DNA of 64,000 nt from Bacteroidia bacterium. GTDB lineage: Bacteria > Bacteroidota > Bacteroidia > UKL13-3. The notes under the pieces were generated by a model, which ran no database searches, was not told the origin of the DNA, and saw only the letters and a list, made by a program, of their open reading frames with translations. Below, in pieces: positions 1 to 9,935 of this stretch (position 1 is the first letter of the stretch; every line of letters begins with the position of its first letter). The stretch lies in NCBI GenBank assembly GCA_023151275.1, contig JAKLJI010000004.1, positions 4,946-68,945 of the forward strand, given 5' to 3'. The translations under genes and the position numbers were made by a program.

Positions 1-443
1 TGGTAAATGGGATGTGAATAAGGAATTTCAACGAATTCCAATTCCGGAAATACCTTCTTCATTTCACGTCGAATAAAGGTATTCAGGCCATAGTTATCGT
101 CAATATGTAGAAAGCCACCACCCATCAAATAATTCCTTAGGTTTTTAGCTTCTGAGCTACTGAAAACAACATTTCCATGTCCAGTAAGGTGAATAAAAGG
201 GTAATTAAATAAATCAGGACTTCCGACCTCTACCACATCTTCTTCAGCTTGAAGGTTGATGCTGAGTTCTTTTCGGCAAAATTGAATCAGATTGGGCAGT
301 GAAGTTTTGTTAGCGTACCAATCGCCTCCTCCTTGATATTTTAAACGTCCAATGCGCAGATTTTGAGTTTTTCCTGGAACAGAAAATAGCAAAATGAAGG
401 CCAAAAGGATGATTTTTGGCTGTTTTTTGATGATTAGTTGCAT
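1..443 (-). CDS. DUF4159-domain protein (3' end runs off the window; not in the ORF track)
   Basis: Manual translation from ATG at 443: MQLIIKKQPKIILLAFILLFSVPGKTQNLRIGRLKYQGGGDWYANKTSLPNL...YPFIHLTGHGNV...YLMGGGFLHIDDNYG; signal peptide plus KYxGGGDWY and GGFLHIDDNYG motifs typical of Bacteroidota DUF4159. Confidence 0.8.
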   Translation of the reverse strand, partial: MQLIIKKQPKIILLAFILLFSVPGKTQNLRIGRLKYQGGGDWYANKTSLPNLIQFCRKELSINLQAEEDVVEVGSPDLFNYPFIHLTGHGNVVFSSSEAKNLRNYLMGGGFLHIDDNYGLNTFIRREMKKVFPELEFVEIPYSHPIY

Positions 444-487
444 AGGTTCCGCAAATGCGTTAACTTTCATATTCAAATGCGAACAAG

Positions 488-2347
488 ATGAGAACTTCAA
501 TACTATTCCTTTTTTTTCTTTTTTTCTCGAGTATTCCATCAAAGGCATTTGTTTATAGCATTCAGCCTTCAACCAATTTTATTCGGTATTCGGCAACTCA
601 AAGTCCGGGAACCTTTAAAATCACCTACAATCTTATGGAGGTTAACCCACTACCCGGGGATGTATTTGTTTTTGCGAATGGAGTCAGGTCGTATTTGAAG
701 GTAGAAAATTTACAAGGGGATAGCTTGAATCCATTAGTTTTTAGAAACGGAAGCGGCCAAATGATTTTAAATAATCCAGGCGGTTATTATGGGCTGGCAT
801 TTTCCGGTTGCAGGTATATCCAAGTTAATGGAAGGGGAACACCCGGCATACCCTATGGTATTCGGATAACCGGGCTAGCAACCGGAGCTGGTTTAAGTTT
901 TGATCAATTTTCATCCAATGCCGAGGTGGAGGGTGTGGAAATTGACCATGTTGGCGCAATTGGAATTATGGCAAAAACAGACCCAACTTGTGGTAATTTT
1001 TCGACTTATTCCAATTTTGTTTTTTATGATTTGGATATTCACCACAACTATATTCACCATGTTGGCACCGAGGGCTTATATATAGGCAATACCGGATACA
1101 GAGATGGTGCAGGAATTACACTAACTTGTTCCGGAGTAAAAACTACTTTGTTGCCCCATAAAATGGTTGGGGTTTCAATTAGCAATAATTTGCTTGATTC
1201 AACCGGATGGGATGCTATTCAAGTAAGCATGGCTAATCCTTGTGTAGTTTTTTCAAACCTAATAAGAAACGATTCGTATGCAGATGAGCCCTCTCAAATG
1301 GGAGGAATAACCATTGGACAACCCTCCATTGCCAGCGTTTATGGAAATTACATTCAGAAAAGCACTGGAGTGGCAATTGCCAGTTTTGGAACAGGAACAC
1401 GGATTTATAACAATCTCATTCTTGAGCCGGGTTTATCGCAAAAGGCAAGAGGTTATTATGAGAATGGCATGTTAAAAGGAACCTCCTTTTTATACGGCAT
1501 TTATTGTTCGGATAAGGTATGCAAGGACACTACAGTGGCAAGATTACCGTATGAGATTTTTCACAATACAATTGTTATTCGTAAAACCTATCGGATGGCT
1601 TCTCCCTATAATACGTTTGCCCCACAAGGAATTAACTTAAATGGTTTAGCTTACATTCAAGGAAGTGTAGTTGGAAATAACCTAATAGCGATTGATACGA
1701 GCTCAGATCAAGCTTCAACAATTATTAATGGGGTGTATTCCTCTAATTCAGTGCCTGGCTATTCAACCCTCACTAATCCATCTTTTATATCCTTGAATAG
1801 TCGCAGTGTTTATGCGCTAAATTTCTATTCAAATGAGTTTGCACTAAGTGGTTTCCGTGATATTGCAAATGGAGATTATCACCTAATTGAAAATGCCCCA
1901 TCTGTTGATTTGGCAGTTCCATCATTGGTGCAGCAGCGTAATTGGTTACAAACAGATATGGAGGGAAGAGGCCGGCCCTTGGGAAGTTCCCCAGATTTTG
2001 GAGCCTTTGAGTCGGCAGCTGAATTGGACTATGGAAATGAATTGTATGTGCTTGCTTATCCCAATCCTTTGCGAGCAAGTTCAGGTTTGATTGAGCAAAA
2101 TTTTGAGATTGCACACACCAATCCGGCAGGGGTAAGTCAGGTTGAATTGCGTTTGCTTACATTGGATTCCAATCCGCAATGGGTGGCAACTCGATTTATT
2201 TTTCTGCCTGATTTGTATTCAGATGGTAATAAGATTAGGTTAACAAGCTCTTGGGATGGAAGTTTGATTTTACCCGGATTGTATGTAGTGCAGGTTTATG
2301 CAGACGGCATATATTCAGGCTCATGCAGGGTGATGATTTGTTATTGA
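488..2347 (+). CDS. Secreted right-handed beta-helix (pectin lyase-like) protein with choice-of-anchor Q region and T9SS-like C-terminal domain
   Basis: Signal peptide; repeated Asn/Ile ladders (IHHNYIHH, ISNNLL, VYGNYI, IYNNLI, IFHNTI); GDYHL...D..G..RP.G..PD.GAFE; C-terminal AYPNP...PGLYVVQV. Confidence 0.7.
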   Translation: MRTSILFLFFLFFSSIPSKAFVYSIQPSTNFIRYSATQSPGTFKITYNLMEVNPLPGDVFVFANGVRSYLKVENLQGDSLNPLVFRNGSGQMILNNPGGYYGLAFSGCRYIQVNGRGTPGIPYGIRITGLATGAGLSFDQFSSNAEVEGVEIDHVGAIGIMAKTDPTCGNFSTYSNFVFYDLDIHHNYIHHVGTEGLYIGNTGYRDGAGITLTCSGVKTTLLPHKMVGVSISNNLLDSTGWDAIQVSMANPCVVFSNLIRNDSYADEPSQMGGITIGQPSIASVYGNYIQKSTGVAIASFGTGTRIYNNLILEPGLSQKARGYYENGMLKGTSFLYGIYCSDKVCKDTTVARLPYEIFHNTIVIRKTYRMASPYNTFAPQGINLNGLAYIQGSVVGNNLIAIDTSSDQASTIINGVYSSNSVPGYSTLTNPSFISLNSRSVYALNFYSNEFALSGFRDIANGDYHLIENAPSVDLAVPSLVQQRNWLQTDMEGRGRPLGSSPDFGAFESAAELDYGNELYVLAYPNPLRASSGLIEQNFEIAHTNPAGVSQVELRLLTLDSNPQWVATRFIFLPDLYSDGNKIRLTSSWDGSLILPGLYVVQVYADGIYSGSCRVMICY

Positions 2348-2356
2348 CAGATGGCC

Positions 2357-3085
2357 TTAGCTGTTATAGAATGCTGATACCCAGCTGGCCGATTGTATAG
2401 CTGCAGTTTCTGTACGAAGAATTGTTCTACCTAATGAAACCGGTTTGAAATGGTTCTCAATAGCTAGTTGCACTTCATCAGGTGTGAAATCGCCTTCCGG
2501 ACCAATTAAAACGAGAATATCGGCGGGTGAATTTAGGTTTGATTGCAAATGCTTTAGTAAGCCTTCGTTTTTTTCTGTTTCAACCCAAGCAATAAATCGC
2601 TCGCAATTCCATGTTTGTTGTAATTTGAAAAAGCTATCAAGTTTTTGAATTTCGCCTAGAATGGGTAGTTTGAATTGCTTGCTTTGTTTTAATGCCGAGA
2701 TGGCAATTTTTTCAAGTCGTTCCAAATTTAAGCGTGAACGTTCAGAATTTTTAGTTTCGATAAAGTACAATTCATCTAAACCAATTTCAATGCATTTCTC
2801 AAGCATCCATTCCATTCTGTCGTTATTTTTGGTGGGTGCGATAGCTAATCTTAATCGGTAGTTTCTTGCGCTGACTTGTGCTTCGATGGAGATTATTTCA
2901 AGTTCACACTTTTTTGGATGATCATTTCTAATGATTGCTAAGGCCAGATTTCCTTGCCCATCCATAATGCGAATTTGTTCCCCTTTTGCCTTTCTAAGTA
3001 CCTTAATTAGGTGTTTTGACTCCTCTTCCGGTAAGGTGATTGACTTGAATTCTAAGTTTGGGTGAAAGAAAAGAAACTCGCTCAT
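2357..3085 (-). CDS. rsmE: 16S rRNA m3U1498 methyltransferase RsmE
   Basis: HLIKVLR, EKCIEIG, IGPEGDF, SLGRTILRTETA SPOUT motifs. Confidence 0.95.
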   Translation of the reverse strand: MSEFLFFHPNLEFKSITLPEEESKHLIKVLRKAKGEQIRIMDGQGNLALAIIRNDHPKKCELEIISIEAQVSARNYRLRLAIAPTKNNDRMEWMLEKCIEIGLDELYFIETKNSERSRLNLERLEKIAISALKQSKQFKLPILGEIQKLDSFFKLQQTWNCERFIAWVETEKNEGLLKHLQSNLNSPADILVLIGPEGDFTPDEVQLAIENHFKPVSLGRTILRTETAAIQSASWVSAFYNS

Positions 3086-3180
3086 GAAAAGTAGTTAAGG
3101 AGGATTACTAATTACGAAGGTAAGCGAATTTGTCTTTTTGAAATTGAAGTCAAACCCCATGGATTCACCCTAGCTGTTTG

Positions 3181-4089
3181 TCAGAGCTTTTCAATTTCCT
3201 GATTTGAAAGTCCTGTAAGCTTAACAATTTCCTCGGTACTTAATCCCATTTGTTTGGCGTTCCGAGCGGTAGTTTTGAGCGCCTCTACTATACCCTCTAA
3301 TTTTCCTTCGGCAAGTCCTTCTAGTTTTCCTTCAACTAATCCTTCTAGTTTCCCTTCCAATTTACCTTCATCAAATGCAGTATCCATAACGCCTTTTAAA
3401 TCGCGGTAAATTTTTAGGCTGCTTTCGTACTTGTCCATTTCGCTTTGGCCCAATTTGGCTAATTCTGCTTTTTCAAAGGCTTGGTTGAAAACTTCATCTG
3501 AGAAAATGCTAGGGATTTGCTGAAAGTCTTCCAAGTTTTTGATGAAGTAAAGCCATTTGTCCAACCGACTTGCAAGTTCCTGTTCGGCGAGTTTGAAATT
3601 TGGCATTTCGAGGTAAATGAAAGTGAGCTTGTCGTAGAATACCTTTCCATGCTGGTTTTTGAGTTTGATGGTATGCAGCACTTCATGTTTCTCGGGTTCA
3701 GTTTCGTAATCATCAAAAGTGAAATCGAGGATTCCGATGCAGTACACCGATTTTAGTTCGTAGTTCCACTCACCTTTTTCGGCTTGTTCGCGTATTGGGA
3801 AGGTTGCGTAGTAAATTGTTCTGTCTTTGAAGAAGTTTTGCTTGGCCTTTTGAAGTTCTACAATAAACTTTTCGCCTTTTTCATTTTCGCAGTAGATATC
3901 AAAAATGGCTCTTCTGTCGTATTCGGATAAACCCGTTTGTTCGGTATTTCGGAAGTTGAGTTGGTAGATTTTATCTTCAGGAGGCAGGAGTGCATTGAGG
4001 AAATCAATAAGCAAAGGCTTACTAGCTTCTTCTCCAAAGATTTTCTTGAATCCGAAGTCGGTAAAAGGGTTAACGTACTTTGCTTTCAT
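3181..4089 (-). CDS. Rpn family recombination-promoting nuclease / PD-(D/E)XK putative transposase
   Basis: NPFTDFGFKKIFG N-terminus, DIYC...FIVELQ PD-(D/E)XK core, R.IYY, C-terminal EGKLEG repeats and HTH-like tail. Confidence 0.9.
   Translation of the reverse strand: MKAKYVNPFTDFGFKKIFGEEASKPLLIDFLNALLPPEDKIYQLNFRNTEQTGLSEYDRRAIFDIYCENEKGEKFIVELQKAKQNFFKDRTIYYATFPIREQAEKGEWNYELKSVYCIGILDFTFDDYETEPEKHEVLHTIKLKNQHGKVFYDKLTFIYLEMPNFKLAEQELASRLDKWLYFIKNLEDFQQIPSIFSDEVFNQAFEKAELAKLGQSEMDKYESSLKIYRDLKGVMDTAFDEGKLEGKLEGLVEGKLEGLAEGKLEGIVEALKTTARNAKQMGLSTEEIVKLTGLSNQEIEKL
3286..3369 (-). repeat. Seven degenerate 12-nt tandem repeats encoding EG(K/L/I)x
   Basis: Minus strand: GAAGGTAAATTG GAAGGGAAACTA GAAGGATTAGTT GAAGGAAAACTA GAAGGACTTGCC GAAGGAAAATTA GAGGGTATAGTA. 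Confidence 0.85.
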
Positions 4090-4115
4090 GATTTATGCAC
4101 TGACAGTTTGAAATA

Positions 4116-4123
4116 CAAATTTA
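4116..4123 (-). promoter_or_regulatory. Bacteroidota sigma-A -7 element (TAAATTTG) upstream of the Rpn gene
   Basis: Matches TAnnTTTG, 26 nt upstream of the ATG at 4089. Confidence 0.55.
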
Positions 4124-4254
4124 CCGGATTCAGTATTAAGGTTTTCCTTGAATCTGCCTTAAATTAAATGAGGTTTACCTAAGTTATTGCATGTAATTTT
4201 TTGGATTTAAGGGGAATCTGCAATAAAAAGCGTTTCCTGAATGGAGTTGGAACT

Positions 4255-4451
4255 TGCCTGAGGGGTAGAAGCGGTACCCGCCGGTAAGGGCTGATTGAGG
4301 CTGCGCGTTTTGCGGGGCTGCCGGCAGAAAGCCACCGCAAAGCGCATGCAGGCTCTTCAGCACTTGACGGGGAGTACAAGCGGATGACCCGGCCTTTTGC
4401 CTGCACGGATTTTTGTTGTTTGAGGAATTGACCTGGCAAAAGGACAGGCCC
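4255..4451 (-). ncRNA. Structured element copy A (Flavo-1-like RNA/ssDNA motif)
   Basis: Minus strand: GGGCCTG-CCTTTTGCC...GGCAAAAGG-CCGGGTCATCCGC-GTACTC...GGGTAC-CGCTTCTACCCCT-CAGGC; homologous to 56080-56278 and 30842-30985. Confidence 0.7.
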
Positions 4452-4486
4452 AAGTATGGTGTAAGAAGTTGGATAGGGTTAGGTGC

Positions 4487-4523
4487 AAAAAAAACGGCTT
4501 GAGAAGTTTTCTCAAGCCGTTTT
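4487..4523 (-). terminator. Intrinsic terminator of pckA (possibly bidirectional)
   Basis: AAAAAAAACGGCTTGAGAAGTTTTCTCAAGCCGTTTT: perfect stem flanked by A/T tracts. Confidence 0.85.
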
Positions 4524-4539
4524 GGATATTGAAGCTTAG

Positions 4540-6135
4540 TTAAGCGTTTTGTTGTGCTTTAGGAGCGGCATTCAGGATTTCTTCGCTTACGCCACTTGCA
4601 AATTGTTCGAAGTTTTTAACGAACATATTGGCAAGTTTATTGGCTTGAGCATCGTAAGCAGCCTTGTCTGCCCAAGTATTGCGAGGATTTAGCAATTCTT
4701 GCGGCACATTTGGACAAGATTTTGGCATCATGTAACCAAATACGGGATGTGCTTCGAATTCTACTGAATTCAGTTCGCCATTAAGGGCTGCGGTAATCAT
4801 GGCACGGGTGTAAGAAAGTTTCATACGTGAACCAACGCCATAAGCTCCGCCCGACCATCCTGTATTAATTAACCATACGTTGATGTTTGGATTTTCGCGA
4901 AGTTTTTTACCCAACATTTCAGCGTATTTTCCAGGGTGCAAAGGCAGGAATGCTTTACCAAAACATGCACTGAAGGTAGCTTGTGGTTCAGTTACGCCTG
5001 CTTCTGTACCAGCAACTTTTGCGGTATATCCGCTGATGAAACTGTACATGGCTTGTCCAACATTGAGTTTTGAAATTGGAGGCAATACACCAAACGCATC
5101 AGCGGTTAGGAAAAAGATATTTTCCGGAGCATTACCCAATGAAGGTTCAGCAGCATTGTCGATGTGGTGAATTGGGTAAGCAACGCGGGTGTTTTCGGTT
5201 ACGCTGATATTTGTATAGTCAACGGTAGAAGTACCTGGAATAAAGCGCGTGTTTTCGAGCAATGCGCCAAATTTGATGGCATTGAAAATCTGTGGTTCTT
5301 TTTCTTGGGTAAGGTCAACACATTTTGCGTAGCAGCCACCTTCAAAATTGAAAACAGAATCATCTGCCCATCCGTGCTCATCGTCGCCAATTAGTTTGCG
5401 TTCAGGATCAGCAGAAAGGGTTGTTTTACCTGTTCCTGAAAGGCCGAAGAAGATAGCAGTATCGCCTTTTTTGCCAATGTTGGCTGAGCAGTGCATGCTA
5501 AGAACTCCTTTTTCCTCAGGAAGAATATAATTCAACACTGTGAAAATTCCTTTTTTCATTTCACCGGTATAACCGCTACCACCAACAAGGATGATTTTAC
5601 GGCTGAAATCGATGATGGAGAAATTGTGCTGACGCGTTCCATCTTCTGCGGCAATAGCTTTGAAGGAAGGAGCGTTGATAATCAGCCACTCAGGTTCAAA
5701 GTTTTTCAGGTCTTCGTTTGTTGGGCGAAGGAAAAGGTTGTAGCAAAACAAGTTGTGGTAAGCCGTTTCATTGATTACACGGATATTTAACTTGTAACGG
5801 GGATCAGCACATGCATAGGCATCACGCACGTAGATTTGTTTTCCGGCATAATGGTTAATCACTTTGTTCAAAAGGGCTTCAAACTTGTTGGAGTCGAACT
5901 TTTGATTCACATCTCCCCACCATACCGTATTTTCGGTTTTGCTATCTAGAACACAAAATTTGTCCTTAGGAGAGCGTCCGGTAAATTCTCCTGTGTCGGC
6001 CATCAGGGCGCCAGTGTCGTTCAATACACCTTCGCCATTTAATATAGCGTGACGAACCAATTCAGCTGGACTCAGGTTAACGTGTGCCTTAGAAGCAAGG
6101 CCCATTACCTTTTCAACAATTTCGTTTGTTTTCAT
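4540..6135 (-). CDS. pckA: Phosphoenolpyruvate carboxykinase (ATP)
   Basis: TGRSPKDK, GLSGTGKTTLS P-loop, LIGDDEHGW, EGGCYAK. Confidence 0.97.
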   Translation of the reverse strand: MKTNEIVEKVMGLASKAHVNLSPAELVRHAILNGEGVLNDTGALMADTGEFTGRSPKDKFCVLDSKTENTVWWGDVNQKFDSNKFEALLNKVINHYAGKQIYVRDAYACADPRYKLNIRVINETAYHNLFCYNLFLRPTNEDLKNFEPEWLIINAPSFKAIAAEDGTRQHNFSIIDFSRKIILVGGSGYTGEMKKGIFTVLNYILPEEKGVLSMHCSANIGKKGDTAIFFGLSGTGKTTLSADPERKLIGDDEHGWADDSVFNFEGGCYAKCVDLTQEKEPQIFNAIKFGALLENTRFIPGTSTVDYTNISVTENTRVAYPIHHIDNAAEPSLGNAPENIFFLTADAFGVLPPISKLNVGQAMYSFISGYTAKVAGTEAGVTEPQATFSACFGKAFLPLHPGKYAEMLGKKLRENPNINVWLINTGWSGGAYGVGSRMKLSYTRAMITAALNGELNSVEFEAHPVFGYMMPKSCPNVPQELLNPRNTWADKAAYDAQANKLANMFVKNFEQFASGVSEEILNAAPKAQQNA

Positions 6136-6325
6136 TGTCAGGGTTTTGTAAACTTTGGTGGGTCAAAAATACGCTTTCCGCAATCGAATGCAATGGAAAG
6201 CGCTAACTCTGGCAAATTTGACCTGAAAACGAAACAGAAAAAATGAGCAATATCAGGGAAGATATTGACAGTGTAAGAGTTTGAGATTTTAAAACTTTTT
6301 AAGTGTTCTTTTGTTTTTTTGCCGT

Positions 6326-8563
6326 ATGCGGCGTACTCACTTTATTGAGCTGGTAAGGCAATTTGCAAGTTCATCTGGCGACTCTATTAATTTTCACGAG
6401 TTGTCGGAAGCAGCTTTAAGTTACTCTGACGAGGCTCCTCAGGATTTTCAACAGTTTGTTTTTCAGTTTCAAGAGATTGCCGATTCGGCAGGCTATCATT
6501 TCCAACTGCGCACGCTGACACCTTCAGATTTATTGGCTTTACTTAAAAACGATAGTTTTCCGCTACTTGTTTTTAAAAATGGAGCTAATACTTTAGAGCC
6601 TTTGTTGATTCAGGGAATAAATTCTGCCAGGTTTAGGCAGTTTGATTCTTGGACAGGTCGGGATGAAACTGAGGTGCCTCTTGATACTGCAGAATTATCA
6701 AAGCGGTTTGCGACTATTTCAACCTGTGTGCGAGATTATGCAATGATTTCAGATTCATTTTCGGAATCGGAAATGCGCGAACAGGAAAGCAGGATTGTAG
6801 TCTTTTCCGGGTTCAGAATTCAGGCCAGTGAAGTAGAACTTCAAGAAAATAGCGGTCAAACCCCAGTAAAGCGCTTTTTTAAGTTGCTTGATTTGGAAAA
6901 AAAGGACATTTATACCATGTACTTTTTTGCCATTTTGGTGGCCCTCATAACTCTCACTATTCCACTCGGAATTCAGGCGGTTATTGGATTGGTTTCGGGT
7001 GGACTTCTTCTTGAAAGTGCTGTTTTGCTGATTATTTTAATTATTTTGGCAACTTTAGGTTCGGGTTGGTTGCAGGTGCAGCAGCTTTCCTTAGTTGAAA
7101 TATTGCAACAGCGTATTTTTACGCGAACAGCTTTTGAATTTTCCTACCGCATTCCGCGCATCAAATCAGAGGTTTTAGATAGACAGTACACCCCTGAATT
7201 GGTAAACCGCTTTTTTGATGTGTTGAACGTTCAAAAATCCTTGCCCAAAATTTTAATCGACTTTGCGAGTGCCTTGATTCAGATTATTTTTGGGTTGATA
7301 CTCCTTTCTCTCTACCATTATAGTTTTATTTTCTTTGGTTTGAGCTTGTTTTTGGCAGTTTCATTGGTTTTTGTTTTTACGGGTAAAAAGGCATTGGAAA
7401 CCAGTATTCAAGAATCGAAATACAAGTACAAACTGGCTTTTTGGCTGGAAGAAATAGGAAGAAGTTTGCATGCTTTTAAAATGGCTGCAAACACCGGACT
7501 TCCAGTAAATAAAACGGATAAGATTCTCGACAAATACTTGTACTACCGAAGAAAGCACTTTGGTATTCTGGTAAAGCAGTTTATGGCAGTAATTGGATTC
7601 AAAACAGCCATTACTGCGGGCTTGTTGATTTTGGGCGCGACACTTGTTGTTAATCGTGAGATAAACTTGGGTCAGTTTGTGGCCTCCGAAATCATTATCA
7701 TGTTGATTATTTCATCGGTTGAAAAAATCATTAGCAATATTTCGAATATTTACGATGTACTAACCGCCATTGATAAACTTGGAACAGTAACCGACTTGCC
7801 TATTGAGCCTGTTAACGGCCGAGTTGCCCGCGATTTGGTTCCTGATGGGAAGATCAAGCTCGAAGTGTCGAATTTAAGTTTTGCTTATCCTGATGCTAAA
7901 AATAATAGTATTGAAGGATTGAATTTTGCCATATATCCCGGAAAGAAAATTGCATTGGTTGGAACCAGTGATTCCGGGAAAAGTACTTTATTGAAAATTC
8001 TCTCTGGTTTATATCACAGCTATGAGGGTGCAATTTTGTTGAATGGAGTTTCTTTGCGTGAGGTAAACTTAAACTCGTATCGGAACCTGATTGCCGATAC
8101 TGGAAATTTGAACGATTTGTTTGAAGGAACCATTGAGGATAATATCTGCATGGGGAATCCGCAGCTTGCATTTTCTGAAATTGTAAAGGCTTGTGAATTG
8201 TCATGTTTGAATACTTTTTTAGGAAATTTGGACAAGGGGCTTAAAACAGAAATTACTCCAGGTGCCACTAATTTCCCGAGTAATATTGGAAAGAAGATAC
8301 TCCTTGCACGGGCTTTTGTTGCCAATCCTTCTTTGATGTTAATTGATGATTTGTTTAATCAAATCAATCAAAGTGAAAAGCAAGAGATTTTGGATCATTT
8401 GTTTGCCAAAGCCGACATGTCATTGCTCTTGGTCAGCAGTCATCCATCTGTTTTAAGGCGCTGCGATGAAATTTGGGTTATGAGCAACGGAAGAATAAGC
8501 TCAAAGGGTAATTTTGAAGAATTGAAAAAGGCCGGATTGTTGGATTTTATCATTTTTGAATAA
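6326..8563 (+). CDS. Type I secretion-like ABC transporter (peptidase-like N-domain, TMD, NBD); ATG at 6326 preferred
   Basis: Multiple TM segments, Walker A GTSDSGKST, LARAFVANPSLMLIDD; upstream of HlyD and TolC genes. Confidence 0.85.
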   Translation: MRRTHFIELVRQFASSSGDSINFHELSEAALSYSDEAPQDFQQFVFQFQEIADSAGYHFQLRTLTPSDLLALLKNDSFPLLVFKNGANTLEPLLIQGINSARFRQFDSWTGRDETEVPLDTAELSKRFATISTCVRDYAMISDSFSESEMREQESRIVVFSGFRIQASEVELQENSGQTPVKRFFKLLDLEKKDIYTMYFFAILVALITLTIPLGIQAVIGLVSGGLLLESAVLLIILIILATLGSGWLQVQQLSLVEILQQRIFTRTAFEFSYRIPRIKSEVLDRQYTPELVNRFFDVLNVQKSLPKILIDFASALIQIIFGLILLSLYHYSFIFFGLSLFLAVSLVFVFTGKKALETSIQESKYKYKLAFWLEEIGRSLHAFKMAANTGLPVNKTDKILDKYLYYRRKHFGILVKQFMAVIGFKTAITAGLLILGATLVVNREINLGQFVASEIIIMLIISSVEKIISNISNIYDVLTAIDKLGTVTDLPIEPVNGRVARDLVPDGKIKLEVSNLSFAYPDAKNNSIEGLNFAIYPGKKIALVGTSDSGKSTLLKILSGLYHSYEGAILLNGVSLREVNLNSYRNLIADTGNLNDLFEGTIEDNICMGNPQLAFSEIVKACELSCLNTFLGNLDKGLKTEITPGATNFPSNIGKKILLARAFVANPSLMLIDDLFNQINQSEKQEILDHLFAKADMSLLLVSSHPSVLRRCDEIWVMSNGRISSKGNFEELKKAGLLDFIIFE

Positions 8564-9935
8564 GCACATAGGTATGTTGATGCATGAATTGGATGAGCGG
8601 GGATTACACTCTTTAAGGTTGGTAAATACACCCAACCGCTTTAAATATGTGAGGAATTACCTGCTGGGCTTGTTGGCTATTCTACTATCCATTTTATTTC
8701 TGCCCTGGCAACAAAACGTTCGTGGTAAAGGAAAGGTTACCCCGTTTAGTCCGGCTGATCGCCCCCAAACGGTTCCTTCCGTTATTGGTGGACGTATTGA
8801 ACGATGGTTGGTACAAGAAGGACAATTTGTAAAAAAGGGGGATACTATTGCGGTTATCTCGGAGGTAAAGGAGAAGTTTTTTGACCCGAGTTTAATTTCC
8901 AGAACCAATGATCAGATAAAGCGCAAGGAGGAAGCAGTAAATGCAAAGTATCAAAAAATTGAGGCTACTCAGAAGCAGGTTCAAGCGTTGAAAAGTGGTT
9001 TGAGAATTAAGTTGGAGCAGACCCGAAACAAGGTAAAGCAAATGCGCTTTAAAGTGGAAGCAGAACGGGCATCTTTTGAAGCTGCCAAGGTGAATTTAAA
9101 ATTGGCTCAAGACCAATACACGCGTTTAGAAAGTTTGTTTAATAAAGGTCTGGCTTCTTTAACTGAATTGCAAAACCGGAATAATAAAACCCAAGAGGCC
9201 AATGCCAAATTGGTTGAGGCAGAGAACAAATACAATTCGGTACAGAACGAGTTAATCAACGCAGAAATTGAATTGAATGCCGTGGAGGCCGATTACATTG
9301 ATAAAATTTCAAAAGCCGAAAGCTCGGTGAATGAAACTGCCGGAGAAGTTTTTGAATCGCAGGCAGAAATTTTAAAGATGCGCATTGAATTGAGCAACTT
9401 ACAACTTCGTTCAGGATTTTACGTGATTCGTGCTCCACAAAATGGGTATATTGTAAAAGCCTTGCGTTCAGGTTTAGGCGAAAACATTAAGGAAGGCGAG
9501 AACTTGGTTACCATTATGCCCGCTAATGCGCGAATGGCGGTAGAATTGTATGTTCAGGCTCTTGATTTGCCCTTGATGCACAAAGGAGTAAAAGTACGTG
9601 TTCAGTTTGATGGATGGCCGGCTTTGGTTTTCTCGGGTTGGCCTAATGTATCGGTAGGTACTTTTGGGGGTGTAGTTGCAGCCGTAGATCGCGTAAATTC
9701 CTCAAACGGACTTTTTAGGGTACTGGTAACACCAGACCCGGATGATGAGCCTTGGCCCGACTTGGTGCGAGCCGGTGGCGGAGTATATGGTTGGGCTATG
9801 TTAAATCGCGTAAGGGTTTGGTACGAATTGTGGCGTCAGTTTAATGGCTTCCCTCCAGATTTTGTTCAACTGCTGGAACAGCCAGCTAAAGGTGAAAAAT
9901 CGCAAATGGACAAAGGGAAGGAGGCTGAAAAGTGA
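8556..9935 (+). CDS. HlyD-family membrane fusion protein
   Basis: Single N-terminal TM, lipoyl-like VQEGQFVKKGD, long coiled coil, IRAPQNG, VRVQFDGWP. Confidence 0.9.
   Translation: MNKHIGMLMHELDERGLHSLRLVNTPNRFKYVRNYLLGLLAILLSILFLPWQQNVRGKGKVTPFSPADRPQTVPSVIGGRIERWLVQEGQFVKKGDTIAVISEVKEKFFDPSLISRTNDQIKRKEEAVNAKYQKIEATQKQVQALKSGLRIKLEQTRNKVKQMRFKVEAERASFEAAKVNLKLAQDQYTRLESLFNKGLASLTELQNRNNKTQEANAKLVEAENKYNSVQNELINAEIELNAVEADYIDKISKAESSVNETAGEVFESQAEILKMRIELSNLQLRSGFYVIRAPQNGYIVKALRSGLGENIKEGENLVTIMPANARMAVELYVQALDLPLMHKGVKVRVQFDGWPALVFSGWPNVSVGTFGGVVAAVDRVNSSNGLFRVLVTPDPDDEPWPDLVRAGGGVYGWAMLNRVRVWYELWRQFNGFPPDFVQLLEQPAKGEKSQMDKGKEAEK

Noticed and set aside
4179..4453. Track ORFs 4179-4439 and 4184-4453 (minus)
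   Set aside because: They overlie GC-rich structured element A, where stop codons are scarce; no protein-like features.
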